IMG/VR virus record: IMGVR_UViG_3300032103_000073
Length of the DNA: 64,000 nt
Direction: 5' to 3' (one strand)
Source of the DNA: a virus
Taxonomy: Duplodnaviria; Heunggongvirae; Uroviricota; Caudoviricetes
Positions 9,182 through 18,028 of this stretch are shown here, in pieces; the stretch's first letter is position 1; the number at the start of each line of letters is the position of its first letter. The position numbers and the translations under genes are program-made. The notes beneath the pieces are model-generated. The model saw nothing but the letters and a program-made list of their open reading frames with translations. It did not search any database and was not told where the DNA came from.

Positions 9182-9931
9182 ATGAGTCAAATTCTAGTTT
9201 GGAAATGTGATCAAACGGGTAAACTGTTTGAGGATAAAAACAAGTACAAGGGTCACCTAAGTAAGCTGGCTCGCGAACGTAATACCAAGCGTAAGCTCAT
9301 GGTCGCAGAAGCTGTTGCTGATCAAAAGTGGAATGAACTCTACGAGTGCGAACAAACCATTGAGCAGTGGCGCGACATGGTTATTGCCAATCAAAACATG
9401 TTCTGGGCAGAAGCCGCAAAGACAGATCCGCATGACTGGAAGTGTGTTGGTAAATTGTCTGGTCGCAAGAATGGTGTTGTTTGCCCTGTCCCTGAACTGC
9501 TAGAGTTTACCACTTTTGATGTTCGCTGGAACCCTCGAGTTAGCAATAGCCACAGTTGTCCACACAATGGTGTGACTAACTGGTCTCCAAGTTGGAACGA
9601 AGACAAAACTGCACCTACTAGCTACCCTGGTTGGAGTGGCCGTGTTGAATGGATTGTTAAGTGGCCTAAAGAATGGGATGGCTGGTATCTGGGCAGTGAT
9701 CTGTTCCGCGACGGCTACAACACTCGCACTCGTGCTTACACCGGCACAGGTGGCGGTGGAGGTATGCGTTATAGCGAAAAGCATGGTTGCCATGTTCAGA
9801 GCTTTGGCTATGACTTCCGCATGTTTGCCGCAGACTGGCCGGGTATGGCTCGCGTTGTTGCTCGGGACCAGCTTGCAGAAGTCCTTAAAGGAAATCGGAC
9901 CAGCATTGATTATGCTCCGGAGCCGGCATGA
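9182..9931 (+). CDS. hypothetical Trp-rich protein (249 aa)
   Basis: ORF. Confidence 0.5.
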   Translation: MSQILVWKCDQTGKLFEDKNKYKGHLSKLARERNTKRKLMVAEAVADQKWNELYECEQTIEQWRDMVIANQNMFWAEAAKTDPHDWKCVGKLSGRKNGVVCPVPELLEFTTFDVRWNPRVSNSHSCPHNGVTNWSPSWNEDKTAPTSYPGWSGRVEWIVKWPKEWDGWYLGSDLFRDGYNTRTRAYTGTGGGGGMRYSEKHGCHVQSFGYDFRMFAADWPGMARVVARDQLAEVLKGNRTSIDYAPEPA

Positions 9932-10158
9932 AAGACTTTCTCGGGCAAGAACTTAACGTAGGTGACTATGTTATGTATATGAAACAACATTATCGTGAAC
10001 TTGGTATGGGAAAGATTACTAAGTTCACGCCCAAGAAGGTTCATGTTAAATGGGGCACAAGCGAGTGGGCAAGCATCCTCCAAACACCTGACCAACTGGT
10101 AAAAGTATCAGGTGAGGAAGTATTTGCCTACGCACTTAAAAATGGAATTGATGTATGA
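9928..10158 (+). CDS. hypothetical small protein (KOW/SH3-like paralog group)
   Basis: similar to 33104, 56634 and 23537 (VGD.V...K..KV...WG). Confidence 0.45.
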   Translation: MKDFLGQELNVGDYVMYMKQHYRELGMGKITKFTPKKVHVKWGTSEWASILQTPDQLVKVSGEEVFAYALKNGIDV

Positions 10159-10520
10159 ACGACACACTACTGCTCATCTTGCTATTGTTTACAAAACATT
10201 TTATTGTAGACTTTCCCTTGCAACATCGCTACCAATGGAGCAATAAAGGCACATACGGACACCCAGGCGGCATCTTGCACTCTTTTTTGCATGGCCTGGG
10301 CACTTATTTTTGTGTTGTTTGGTTCGCTCCTGCGGCAGCGCCATATTTGGCTGCTATTGACTATTTTGCACACTACCACATTGACTGGGCCAAAATGAAT
10401 ATCAACAAGCGATTGGGCTGGACGCCTGCTACACATGAACAGTTTTGGTGGTTGTTGGGCTTGGACCAATTTCTCCATGTATTGACATATATTGGCCTAG
10501 TTGCTATAATTACACCATGA
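10155..10520 (+). CDS. hypothetical membrane protein
   Basis: hydrophobic segments, His-rich. Confidence 0.4.
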   Translation: MNDTLLLILLLFTKHFIVDFPLQHRYQWSNKGTYGHPGGILHSFLHGLGTYFCVVWFAPAAAPYLAAIDYFAHYHIDWAKMNINKRLGWTPATHEQFWWLLGLDQFLHVLTYIGLVAIITP

Positions 10521-10786
10521 GCTTAACTTATTACAAAATTCGCAGTAAAAAGAATCCTGAAATGTTCCGCAAGGCCGATGGCACATGGAACGGCTCTGGC
10601 AAAGTCTACGACACTCTGGGCAAACTTCGTAGCACAATTACTCTTAATATGAACAGCTACAACGATTATACTCGCAAGCAAGTTCAAGACTGGGAAATTG
10701 TAGAGTACGAAGTTCGCGTCAAAGAAGTCAAACATCTAGCAGATGTTATTGATCCAAAGAAACTTTTTGAATTGTTAGGCAAATGA
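10517..10786 (+). CDS. hypothetical protein
   Basis: ATG 10517 overlaps the previous stop. Confidence 0.45.
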   Translation: MSLTYYKIRSKKNPEMFRKADGTWNGSGKVYDTLGKLRSTITLNMNSYNDYTRKQVQDWEIVEYEVRVKEVKHLADVIDPKKLFELLGK

Positions 10787-11073
10787 TTTTTTTAAAACTT
10801 AATCTCACAAACCCCTTATGGAATAATCGCTGGGCAAATATTCGAAATTGGTCCGGCAAAACTCCATGGAAGCACAAGTATTTCGAGTTCCAAATTATGA
10901 AGGACTCCTGTCTTGTAAATATCGAGTTTAACTGCAACTTTAGAACAGATCACGCAGGTTTTGGTCTAGGCCTCGGTCTTCTTGGCTATAGTGCAGACTT
11001 TACGTTTTATGATAGCCGTCATTGGGATGACGATTCTAACACATGGACTGAATATGAAAAAGATTTTCTATGA
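10783..11073 (+). CDS. hypothetical protein
   Basis: ORF. Confidence 0.4.
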   Translation: MIFLKLNLTNPLWNNRWANIRNWSGKTPWKHKYFEFQIMKDSCLVNIEFNCNFRTDHAGFGLGLGLLGYSADFTFYDSRHWDDDSNTWTEYEKDFL

Positions 11074-11515
11074 GAAAAAAGGCCGCCGATATGTTCCTGT
11101 CGCTGAGTACGACAATGATTTTCTCGATAGTTTTACAAAGGGTAATCACCTCGTTATGTGTTATCCTGGGGGCACTAGTCGTAGGTTTAATATTGAACCT
11201 GCTCTTGCACCTATGATTGCCGCTGGGCGTCTTGCAGAAGATGCTATGTGTACAGCTATGAACAAGGCCAGCGAGCTAAAGCCCAGCAAGAAACCTATCA
11301 CCGAAGAACAGCGAGCAGCTTGGCAACATCTTGCACAAACATTTGGTGACGACATGTATACACTGCATGGTGTTAGTGTTCGCGACATTGTTGAAGCAGG
11401 CATCCAAGCACAAATAGCGGAAACTGAAAAGTTGATGAAGCATCCAGCAGTTAAAGAAGCCTACGACCATTTTATGTTTGTTGCAAAACTGGCCTATGAA
11501 GATCCGGCCAAATAA
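11054..11515 (+). CDS. hypothetical protein
   Basis: probable start at ATG 11054 (track ORF from 10982). Confidence 0.45.
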   Translation: MKKIFYEKKGRRYVPVAEYDNDFLDSFTKGNHLVMCYPGGTSRRFNIEPALAPMIAAGRLAEDAMCTAMNKASELKPSKKPITEEQRAAWQHLAQTFGDDMYTLHGVSVRDIVEAGIQAQIAETEKLMKHPAVKEAYDHFMFVAKLAYEDPAK

Positions 11516-11747
11516 GAATCCCAAACGAACTAGTGTAGTAGTTGAGTTCGATGAATTCTTTTTCTATACAACTAGCTCGGATGCACTAGCTGGAGATATC
11601 AATCAACTAGCAGAAAGTTTTTCAGCCCGGCGTTTGTCTTACAACATGTGGGAATTTGTCTCGCAAGAAGTTGCAGACAAGTTTGTTTTTATGTATAATT
11701 TAGCTGACTATGAAAATAAACGTAAAGCGAACAGATCGAAGACATAA
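11478..11747 (+). CDS. hypothetical protein
   Basis: ORF. Confidence 0.4.
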   Translation: MLQNWPMKIRPNKNPKRTSVVVEFDEFFFYTTSSDALAGDINQLAESFSARRLSYNMWEFVSQEVADKFVFMYNLADYENKRKANRSKT

Positions 11748-12027
11748 GTGCTCTGATAAGTTTAAGTATTACATTGATGTTGATTACGACACATTTGGAC
11801 AACGAATAAGTAGCCCTGAACTATTATCGGGAAAGTTTTTTGAACTTAGGGTATGGTGCTGGGCTACCTGGGGTCCTAGTAGAGAAGCAGACCAATACGA
11901 TACACGACCGCAGGCATTTGTCCTGGATCAAAACCCTCATTGGTCTTGGTTAAACGATGAGTATAGGCAACGGCTTTACCTTGCAGGCACCGATGAGGCA
12001 GCATTGTTTGCATTGAAGTGGTCATGA
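11710..12027 (+). CDS. MF-x-LRWS-motif family small protein
   Basis: C-terminus ...EAALFALKWS; first member of tandem array 1. Confidence 0.6.
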   Translation: MKINVKRTDRRHKCSDKFKYYIDVDYDTFGQRISSPELLSGKFFELRVWCWATWGPSREADQYDTRPQAFVLDQNPHWSWLNDEYRQRLYLAGTDEAALFALKWS

Positions 12028-12221
12028 CACGCATTGAATACTGGACTGTCTTGAGAAATTTAAAGACAGAATGGTCGCGTCAAAAGCCTGGCAATGATTT
12101 TGATGATTACGTTTTAGAAAAAACGGGTATTGTAATTTGTTATACAGAAGGCCATATTAGTAGCGAATATAAAGTTGCAAACAAAGAACAATATCTGATG
12201 TTTACATTAAAGCACACATGA
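12024..12221 (+). CDS. MF-x-LRWS-motif family small protein
   Basis: C-terminus ..YLMFTLKHT; TGGTCATGA stop-start overlap. Confidence 0.6.
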   Translation: MTRIEYWTVLRNLKTEWSRQKPGNDFDDYVLEKTGIVICYTEGHISSEYKVANKEQYLMFTLKHT

Positions 12222-12475
12222 CACGAGTTTACCATTGGTCGTTCCACAACGGCGTAGATTCTATCAATCCCGGTAGCAATTTTCCTATGGTGCCACCGCG
12301 CAGTTGGACCTGTTGGGTCTACCCTGAAGACGATCGAGAGTTTGAACAATGGATGGAAACCAACTGCCCAACAGCAGAATGTATCCATCGTTTTAATAGC
12401 GGTGATCCTATGTACACTGTGTCAATTACCAGTGATGAAGAATGTATGATGTTTAAACTTAGGTGGCAAGTATGA
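12218..12475 (+). CDS. MF-x-LRWS-motif family small protein
   Basis: C-terminus ..ECMMFKLRWQV. Confidence 0.6.
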   Translation: MTRVYHWSFHNGVDSINPGSNFPMVPPRSWTCWVYPEDDREFEQWMETNCPTAECIHRFNSGDPMYTVSITSDEECMMFKLRWQV

Positions 12476-12684
12476 GAGTTTTAAAGAAAGAGTTATGGCC
12501 GCATTGTGTGACATTAGACGGTGTAGACGATACTAGGCTGAAAATAGACGATGTCGAGATTTGGTTAGCAGATAGACTGGGTGCCTTTAAATCTAATTGG
12601 AATGCTGTCTATCATTACAATCGCACAGATTTTTATTTTAAGTCGGGCGACGACGCATTGATGTTTAAATTAAAGTGGTCATGA
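12463..12684 (+). CDS. MF-x-LRWS-motif family small protein
   Basis: C-terminus ..DALMFKLKWS. Confidence 0.6.
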   Translation: MASMRVLKKELWPHCVTLDGVDDTRLKIDDVEIWLADRLGAFKSNWNAVYHYNRTDFYFKSGDDALMFKLKWS

Positions 12685-13043
12685 GAACAAGTATTTGGTT
12701 TAGAACAGAAGAACGTCAGCCTGATAAGTCTGGGTCTTATCTCACTTATCGTGGATTCGGCATGGGCGGTATGGCTGATGGCGATCATCACAATGGCTAC
12801 TTGTATTACCACAAGAAAACCAATCAGTGGTATGAGTATGAAAGTGAAGTGAGGTCATCATTTCCTAGAACTTGTATTGTCTATTATTGGACTGATGCGG
12901 ATCCTGATGGCTGGACTGATCAAGATCCCCCTAGTATCCATATTAAGTCCTTAAAATCTATCAACCCTGCACTAGAGTCTGCTTGGCGAGATGTAGAAGA
13001 AGCTGTTAAGAAATATGAGTTTTTGAAAAAGTTAGTAGAATGA
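12681..13043 (+). CDS. hypothetical protein inside the array (no C-terminal motif)
   Basis: ATGA-coupled. Confidence 0.5.
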   Translation: MRTSIWFRTEERQPDKSGSYLTYRGFGMGGMADGDHHNGYLYYHKKTNQWYEYESEVRSSFPRTCIVYYWTDADPDGWTDQDPPSIHIKSLKSINPALESAWRDVEEAVKKYEFLKKLVE

Positions 13044-13324
13044 AAAAACGTCTAATACCAAATGATATTAGTATCTACGAACAATTCAGAATCAGAGAAG
13101 ATTTTCTAAAGCAAGTAGACACTTGGTCTAAACAAAAAAGATTTAGTCAGTATGTTGGTTATACTCCTGATCAATATCGATATATTGATCTAAACGATCT
13201 AGAACAAGCAAGCGGCGTTAGGTGTTTTTGGAGAAAATATATTGGCGAAAATCAACAGATGCTGGCAGGTTTTGAGTTAGTCAATATTGAAGCATATACC
13301 ATGTTTGTGTTAAAATACAGCTAA
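13040..13324 (+). CDS. MF-x-LRWS-motif family small protein
   Basis: C-terminus ..AYTMFVLKYS. Confidence 0.6.
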   Translation: MKKRLIPNDISIYEQFRIREDFLKQVDTWSKQKRFSQYVGYTPDQYRYIDLNDLEQASGVRCFWRKYIGENQQMLAGFELVNIEAYTMFVLKYS

Positions 13325-13554
13325 TGCCCTACGAAGTTAAAACAAATGGATTTCACGACGAAGTTGTAGAATGGCTACAGGAAAATGTAGGCGACTTACT
13401 TTGGAGTAGACCTATCGTTGAATGGAAGGGACAAGGCTGGACAATGAATCATTTTGGATCATTAGTCAATGAATCAAACCCTGGCAGATATAGGTATCTT
13501 ATTAGGATAAACGATGCTGAGTTAGCAACTATGTGTGCATTAAGGTGGTCATGA
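13324..13554 (+). CDS. MF-x-LRWS-motif family small protein
   Basis: C-terminus ..LATMCALRWS. Confidence 0.6.
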   Translation: MPYEVKTNGFHDEVVEWLQENVGDLLWSRPIVEWKGQGWTMNHFGSLVNESNPGRYRYLIRINDAELATMCALRWS

Positions 13555-13802
13555 AAACATACGACGGACATTTATACGAAACTTGCGAAGATTGGCATCC
13601 GGTTGTTATACGCAACACCGGCGTCTTTATGCAGGATCAAATTCTCCGCGGCCAGTGGTTAAGTGAAAACTGTCCTGACGGGAATTATGATTATGACGCT
13701 TGGTGCTATCCCGGCGACAATCTAACAGATCCTGATCATCGCACAATTTACTTTTTTAGAGACCAAGAAGTTGCTTTTAGATTCTCATTGAGGTGGTCAT
13801 GA
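13533..13802 (+). CDS. MF-x-LRWS-motif family small protein
   Basis: C-terminus ..VAFRFSLRWS. Confidence 0.6.
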   Translation: MCIKVVMKTYDGHLYETCEDWHPVVIRNTGVFMQDQILRGQWLSENCPDGNYDYDAWCYPGDNLTDPDHRTIYFFRDQEVAFRFSLRWS

Positions 13803-13963
13803 GAAACCCGTTGTACTGGCAGTATAATGGTGTAGCACCAATAACAGAACTCGTAGCCTGGTGCGAGCAACAGATCCCTGATGAGTATGTCTATCACGGC
13901 TGGGAGAGTATTTTATTTCTAACTAAAGGTGCAAAGATGTTATTTTTGTTGAGGTGGTCGTGA
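13799..13963 (+). CDS. MF-x-LRWS-motif family small protein (54 aa, not in the track)
   Basis: C-terminus ..AKMLFLLRWS. Confidence 0.5.
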   Translation: MRNPLYWQYNGVAPITELVAWCEQQIPDEYVYHGWESILFLTKGAKMLFLLRWS

Positions 13964-14160
13964 AGTTCTGGAACAAAAATAAAGAGCACAGATCCTGGAC
14001 TAAGGTTAGCGTGGCCGGCACCGACCTCAAGAAAGAGAAATTTTTGTGGTGTAAAAGGCAACCCAGCACAGGTAGATTTTATCGGTTTTACGGTGCTCCA
14101 TCTTGGTGGTTTGAATACCCCGAAGACGCTGTTATGTTTAGTTTAAGGTGGGGGCAATGA
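13960..14160 (+). CDS. MF-x-LRWS-motif family small protein
   Basis: C-terminus ..DAVMFSLRWGQ; GTGA start overlap. Confidence 0.55.
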   Translation: MKFWNKNKEHRSWTKVSVAGTDLKKEKFLWCKRQPSTGRFYRFYGAPSWWFEYPEDAVMFSLRWGQ

Positions 14161-14429
14161 GACCAGAATATAAAGTAGATGTCCCTCACACATACGAAGA
14201 AGATGCATTAGACGCTATGACTGAATGGTTGCAGTCTAATGTCGGTAAGCCCTATCCTTGGGACGATGAAGAAACAAGTTATAAACGATTTGACTGGGAA
14301 GCTGATGGTAAATGGTGTTGTGTTGCCGGATCAAACAAGTATAATAGACAGCCCGGCGACACTCTTTTGGATACATGGTGGTTCGCCGCCAAGGACGATG
14401 CTATGATGTTTTCGCTGAGGTTTGCATGA
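14148..14429 (+). CDS. MF-x-LRWS-motif family small protein
   Basis: C-terminus ..DAMMFSLRFA. Confidence 0.6.
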   Translation: MGAMRPEYKVDVPHTYEEDALDAMTEWLQSNVGKPYPWDDEETSYKRFDWEADGKWCCVAGSNKYNRQPGDTLLDTWWFAAKDDAMMFSLRFA

Positions 14430-14647
14430 TAGACAATAAACTAATCAAAGTCCCTGTTAAAGTAAGAAACTGGTGGGACTTGGAAAATCGTTTAATTGAA
14501 ATCAACCAACTGAGAGCATGGCTTGACGAAATTACAGATTGGCAACCGGATATGTATGAGCTGCGGTTTCACGGCATGGGACGCTATTGTAATGCATGGT
14601 TTGCAAACGAAGAACATGCCATGCTTTGTGCGTTAAAGTATTCATAA
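14375..14647 (+). CDS. MF-x-LRWS-motif family small protein
   Basis: C-terminus ..HAMLCALKYS. Confidence 0.55.
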   Translation: MVVRRQGRCYDVFAEVCMIDNKLIKVPVKVRNWWDLENRLIEINQLRAWLDEITDWQPDMYELRFHGMGRYCNAWFANEEHAMLCALKYS

Positions 14648-14895
14648 TGTTTATTCATACATATACACAAAAGAACTACGATGCACAAGAGCCGGAAATA
14701 GCAAGATGGTATGTGGCAGCATTTACTACTCCGAAAAACTATTATGATATTGCCAAGTGGTGCTACAATACATTCGGAGAACCTGGATTTATTCACAATA
14801 CGCAAAGAACTAGGTGGGCCGATGATATTCATTATGGTGAAATATATTTTAGTAATGAAGAAGACCTTTTGATGTTTATATTGAGGTGGTCGTGA
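14646..14895 (+). CDS. MF-x-LRWS-motif family small protein
   Basis: C-terminus ..DLLMFILRWS; WCYNTFGEPG motif. Confidence 0.6.
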
Positions 14896-15272
14896 AGTTT
14901 TATCAGGCACCTTGGATAACAGAAAAAACACAAAGACAAATGGCACGTTGGGAAATACACAAACGATTTGGTATAAAGCAAGCCTTATGGTGGCAGTTTA
15001 TGCCCGGCACTATCATAGAAGTAAAATGGCCTAGAGGTTGGGCTGTGCTGGATGAAGACCCAGACGGCGGCCAGACTGCCGTGGAATCCTCAGACCCAAA
15101 CGACCATTATAGACCTTGGCTGGAACAGAATGTCGGCAAGCAGGGCTGGGATTGGGATTGGCGTGTTGGGCAAGTCACATTATATGATGATCACCAAAGT
15201 GATACTTTGCTAATTAAAATTAGACACAAATATCGAAATACTGCTATAATAGCTAAACTAAAATGGTCATAG
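14892..15272 (+). CDS. MF-x-LRWS-motif family small protein
   Basis: C-terminus ..AIIAKLKWS. Confidence 0.55.
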   Translation: MKFYQAPWITEKTQRQMARWEIHKRFGIKQALWWQFMPGTIIEVKWPRGWAVLDEDPDGGQTAVESSDPNDHYRPWLEQNVGKQGWDWDWRVGQVTLYDDHQSDTLLIKIRHKYRNTAIIAKLKWS

Positions 15273-15274
15273 CT

Positions 15275-15574
15275 ATGAATATACGTGAGTTTATCAATAA
15301 AACACAAGAAGAACACGATCGTAGGTATCGAAATCAGTCTGCTGCTGAAGTTTTAATGGGCTGGGTTCACCGAGAGATTAAAGACTGGGGATCGGTGTTC
15401 GCAGAGGGAGGATATTATAGTGTCGTCCCTGCAAGCATTTCGCAATGGCAAGAACTGCACGAATGGTGTAATCAAACTTTTGGTCGAGAACACTATGCAT
15501 GGTCGGGCAATAACTTTTGGTTCGAAACTCCCGAAGACGCTACTATGTTTGCCTTACGTTGGGGGTCGCTATGA
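15275..15574 (+). CDS. MF-x-LRWS-motif family small protein
   Basis: C-terminus ..DATMFALRWGSL; WCNQTFG motif. Confidence 0.6.
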   Translation: MNIREFINKTQEEHDRRYRNQSAAEVLMGWVHREIKDWGSVFAEGGYYSVVPASISQWQELHEWCNQTFGREHYAWSGNNFWFETPEDATMFALRWGSL

Positions 15575-15810
15575 AACCAGAATATGATGAATACTGGTAC
15601 GAGCACAATGTCTTTTATTTTAAGATAGCAACGTGGAGTCGCCGATTTTGTTTTATCCCTCGCAAGTGTTGGTTATCTCAGTCGTGGATGTGGCTGCGCC
15701 CTGCTATGCGAGGCGTTAGGATTATTAAAGGCCCAGGATCCGATGTTGTTGAAATATACTGGGTCAATGAAAACGAGTATTTATTTCATAAGTTAAGGTA
15801 CGGATACTAA
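15573..15810 (+). CDS. MF-x-LRWS-motif family small protein
   Basis: C-terminus ..EYLFHKLRYGY. Confidence 0.5.
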
Positions 15811-16049
15811 TGGAATACTTTTGGAGTGATGGCGGCAATAATAGACCTTACTTTAGATATAGGGTTAAGGTAGCCAAATGCACTGAAGAAATGTATAAAT
15901 GGTGCGAAGCATTTGACGACGAAGGAGCGTACTTTCGTCGTTTTCATGTTGAGTGGAAAACCGTACATGCTGGTAAAGAATACGAAGTTGTTCAGTTTGA
16001 ATGGGATAAGGCTGCGCTAATGTTTAAGCTAACTTGGGGCGGCGAATGA
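15810..16049 (+). CDS. MF-x-LRWS-motif family small protein
   Basis: C-terminus ..AALMFKLTWGGE. Confidence 0.55.
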   Translation: MEYFWSDGGNNRPYFRYRVKVAKCTEEMYKWCEAFDDEGAYFRRFHVEWKTVHAGKEYEVVQFEWDKAALMFKLTWGGE

Positions 16050-16456
16050 TGCAGTTTATCAAAGTCATTAAAGAACGATATCAAGCGTGGCAAGATCAAC
16101 GTTTCCTAAAGAAACACTGCTGTAATAATTGGGAACAATATCTCCGTCAAACAGATCCTGACGTATTTTATCCTGCTACAAGAATCCGAGATTTTTATCA
16201 CGGCTACCCGTATGTTTATTGTTTTGAAAATCGCAGTCATCAAATATATCAGTGGGACTTGGGATTTGACGGTTCTGCCGAAATAGTTGATTGGGCAAAA
16301 TTCTACTGCGAAAGTAAAGTTAGGTTTGATGGTTTTCGCTGTGTCAAAGACAGCCAAGGAGATTGGTGTACAAACGAATTGGGCGGCGGCGACTATTATT
16401 TTGCCGCTTTTAAAAATGAACTCGATATGTTTAATTTTATATTGAGGTGGGCCTAA
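16034..16456 (+). CDS. MF-x-LRWS-motif family small protein
   Basis: C-terminus ..LDMFNFILRWA. Confidence 0.55.
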   Translation: MGRRMMQFIKVIKERYQAWQDQRFLKKHCCNNWEQYLRQTDPDVFYPATRIRDFYHGYPYVYCFENRSHQIYQWDLGFDGSAEIVDWAKFYCESKVRFDGFRCVKDSQGDWCTNELGGGDYYFAAFKNELDMFNFILRWA

Positions 16457-16701
16457 TGGCTCAAAAAACATTCATCGAAACTAACGGCTTAAAACTTATA
16501 AGCGATGAGCGCGACATTATGGTTCCTTCTCGACTCTTTGACGATGTAGTTGCATGGTGCAATATAAATCATATTGATGTCACTGTGCCGCAAGGTACTT
16601 ATAGTCATAGCACTGCTGCTAGCATATTTAAGGTACATCTTTGGCGTGTAAAAGATCAAGAACAGCGAATGTTGTTTGCACTACGTTGGGATTTGTTTTG
16701 A
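16447..16701 (+). CDS. MF-x-LRWS-motif family small protein
   Basis: C-terminus ..QRMLFALRWDLF. Confidence 0.55.
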   Translation: MGLMAQKTFIETNGLKLISDERDIMVPSRLFDDVVAWCNINHIDVTVPQGTYSHSTAASIFKVHLWRVKDQEQRMLFALRWDLF

Positions 16702-16985
16702 GTTATAACGGCATAGCAAAATTTAGACCAACAGGATTAAAGCTAGTGAAAATTTCACAAGTAATAGAAAACGGTGCAGACTGCTATCCTTGGCGTGAAG
16801 TATTTGTTTGGTTTCCCTGGGTCACTACTGTTTCGGGAAAGCGTATTTGGTGGGAGCGAGTATTTAAACGTAGAGTTTGGGTAGTATGGGGAACGGGATT
16901 TCATACGGAGCCCGAAGTGCAGTACGCAACTTTATTTGAACTGTTAGCTTACAAAGACGAAGATTATTTTAATATGGAAAAATAA
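16641..16985 (+). CDS. array member (divergent C-terminus)
   Basis: ..ATLFELLAYKDEDYFNMEK. Confidence 0.45.
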   Translation: MACKRSRTANVVCTTLGFVLSYNGIAKFRPTGLKLVKISQVIENGADCYPWREVFVWFPWVTTVSGKRIWWERVFKRRVWVVWGTGFHTEPEVQYATLFELLAYKDEDYFNMEK

Positions 16986-17290
16986 TGGCAGCACTAGTAA
17001 ACGAAGATTGGATAAGAGCACGTAGCTTACTTGATAAGGGCTGGGTGCATCATTTTATACCACTTAGTAGTTTGATTAGCACACGAGTAGGATGGTTAGT
17101 AGACACGTATGGACCGCCTGCTAACGTTAACCGTCCTATGTACATGGGCTTGGATTTTGACAACTGCTCCTGGATGTTTGTTAAAATGGAAGATGCTTTT
17201 AAAAAAACTTTAGACTTTAAACACGATTGGATGTTATTGTTTGAATCGGAAGAAATGCTGATGATGTATAAATTGAGATTTGGGGAATAA
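16985..17290 (+). CDS. MF-x-LRWS-motif family small protein
   Basis: C-terminus ..EMLMMYKLRFGE. Confidence 0.55.
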   Translation: MAALVNEDWIRARSLLDKGWVHHFIPLSSLISTRVGWLVDTYGPPANVNRPMYMGLDFDNCSWMFVKMEDAFKKTLDFKHDWMLLFESEEMLMMYKLRFGE

Positions 17291-17587
17291 ATGGATATTG
17301 TAATGGCAGGTCGCCGTGTGGGCAAAAGCATTATGTCTCAAATGTGGCGAGAAATAAATGAAATGACAGACAAATTATACAGCGAACTGACCAGTGCAGA
17401 AGTTGATGGCTGCATGTGGTATACTATTAAATGCACCGAGCCTGTTGCAGCATGGATTAGGCAACAGCCAGGTGAACACACTCAATGGGATAATCTTATC
17501 GATAACAAATGGTATGTGCATTTTGATCAATTTGATGTGCATGAGGAATTTTACTTGATGTTAAAATTGCGGTGGGGTGCGCAATGA
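17291..17587 (+). CDS. MF-x-LRWS-motif family small protein
   Basis: C-terminus ..FYLMLKLRWGAQ. Confidence 0.55.
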   Translation: MDIVMAGRRVGKSIMSQMWREINEMTDKLYSELTSAEVDGCMWYTIKCTEPVAAWIRQQPGEHTQWDNLIDNKWYVHFDQFDVHEEFYLMLKLRWGAQ

Positions 17588-17853
17588 ATAAAGCGTTAAA
17601 AGAATACGAAGATATACTTGCAGAAGAGATTCGCAAGGAAATTGATGCTGAAATATTGTTTAGTATGTATAAGACGTTTGGCTGGCATCCCGTTGTGGAT
17701 TGTCGAAATCTCAGTTTTAATCATGCCTTACTAAAACAAGTAGAAGAATGGCTTACTACAATGCCTCGTGGCAAGTATCATATTAAAAGTCATACCGACT
17801 ATATCTTCCAATTACAGGAAGATGCTATGATGTTTAAGCTAAAGTGGTCATAA
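17572..17853 (+). CDS. MF-x-LRWS-motif family small protein
   Basis: C-terminus ..DAMMFKLKWS. Confidence 0.6.
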   Translation: MGCAMNKALKEYEDILAEEIRKEIDAEILFSMYKTFGWHPVVDCRNLSFNHALLKQVEEWLTTMPRGKYHIKSHTDYIFQLQEDAMMFKLKWS

Positions 17854-17854
17854 T

Positions 17855-18028
17855 ATGACAGTAGTAGGTCGTAAAAAAGTCAGTGATGTGTTAAACTGGC
17901 TCAATGAGAAAAAGTTTAAATATACTATCAATACCTTGTTATCAAATTCACTTCACGGCGTTTATTATTTAGAAATGAAAAACAGCGAAGAAGAACTTCT
18001 AACACGACTTACTTGGGGAATCACATGA
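17855..18028 (+). CDS. MF-x-LRWS-motif family small protein (57 aa, not in the track)
   Basis: C-terminus ..EELLTRLTWGIT. Confidence 0.45.
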   Translation: MTVVGRKKVSDVLNWLNEKKFKYTINTLLSNSLHGVYYLEMKNSEEELLTRLTWGIT

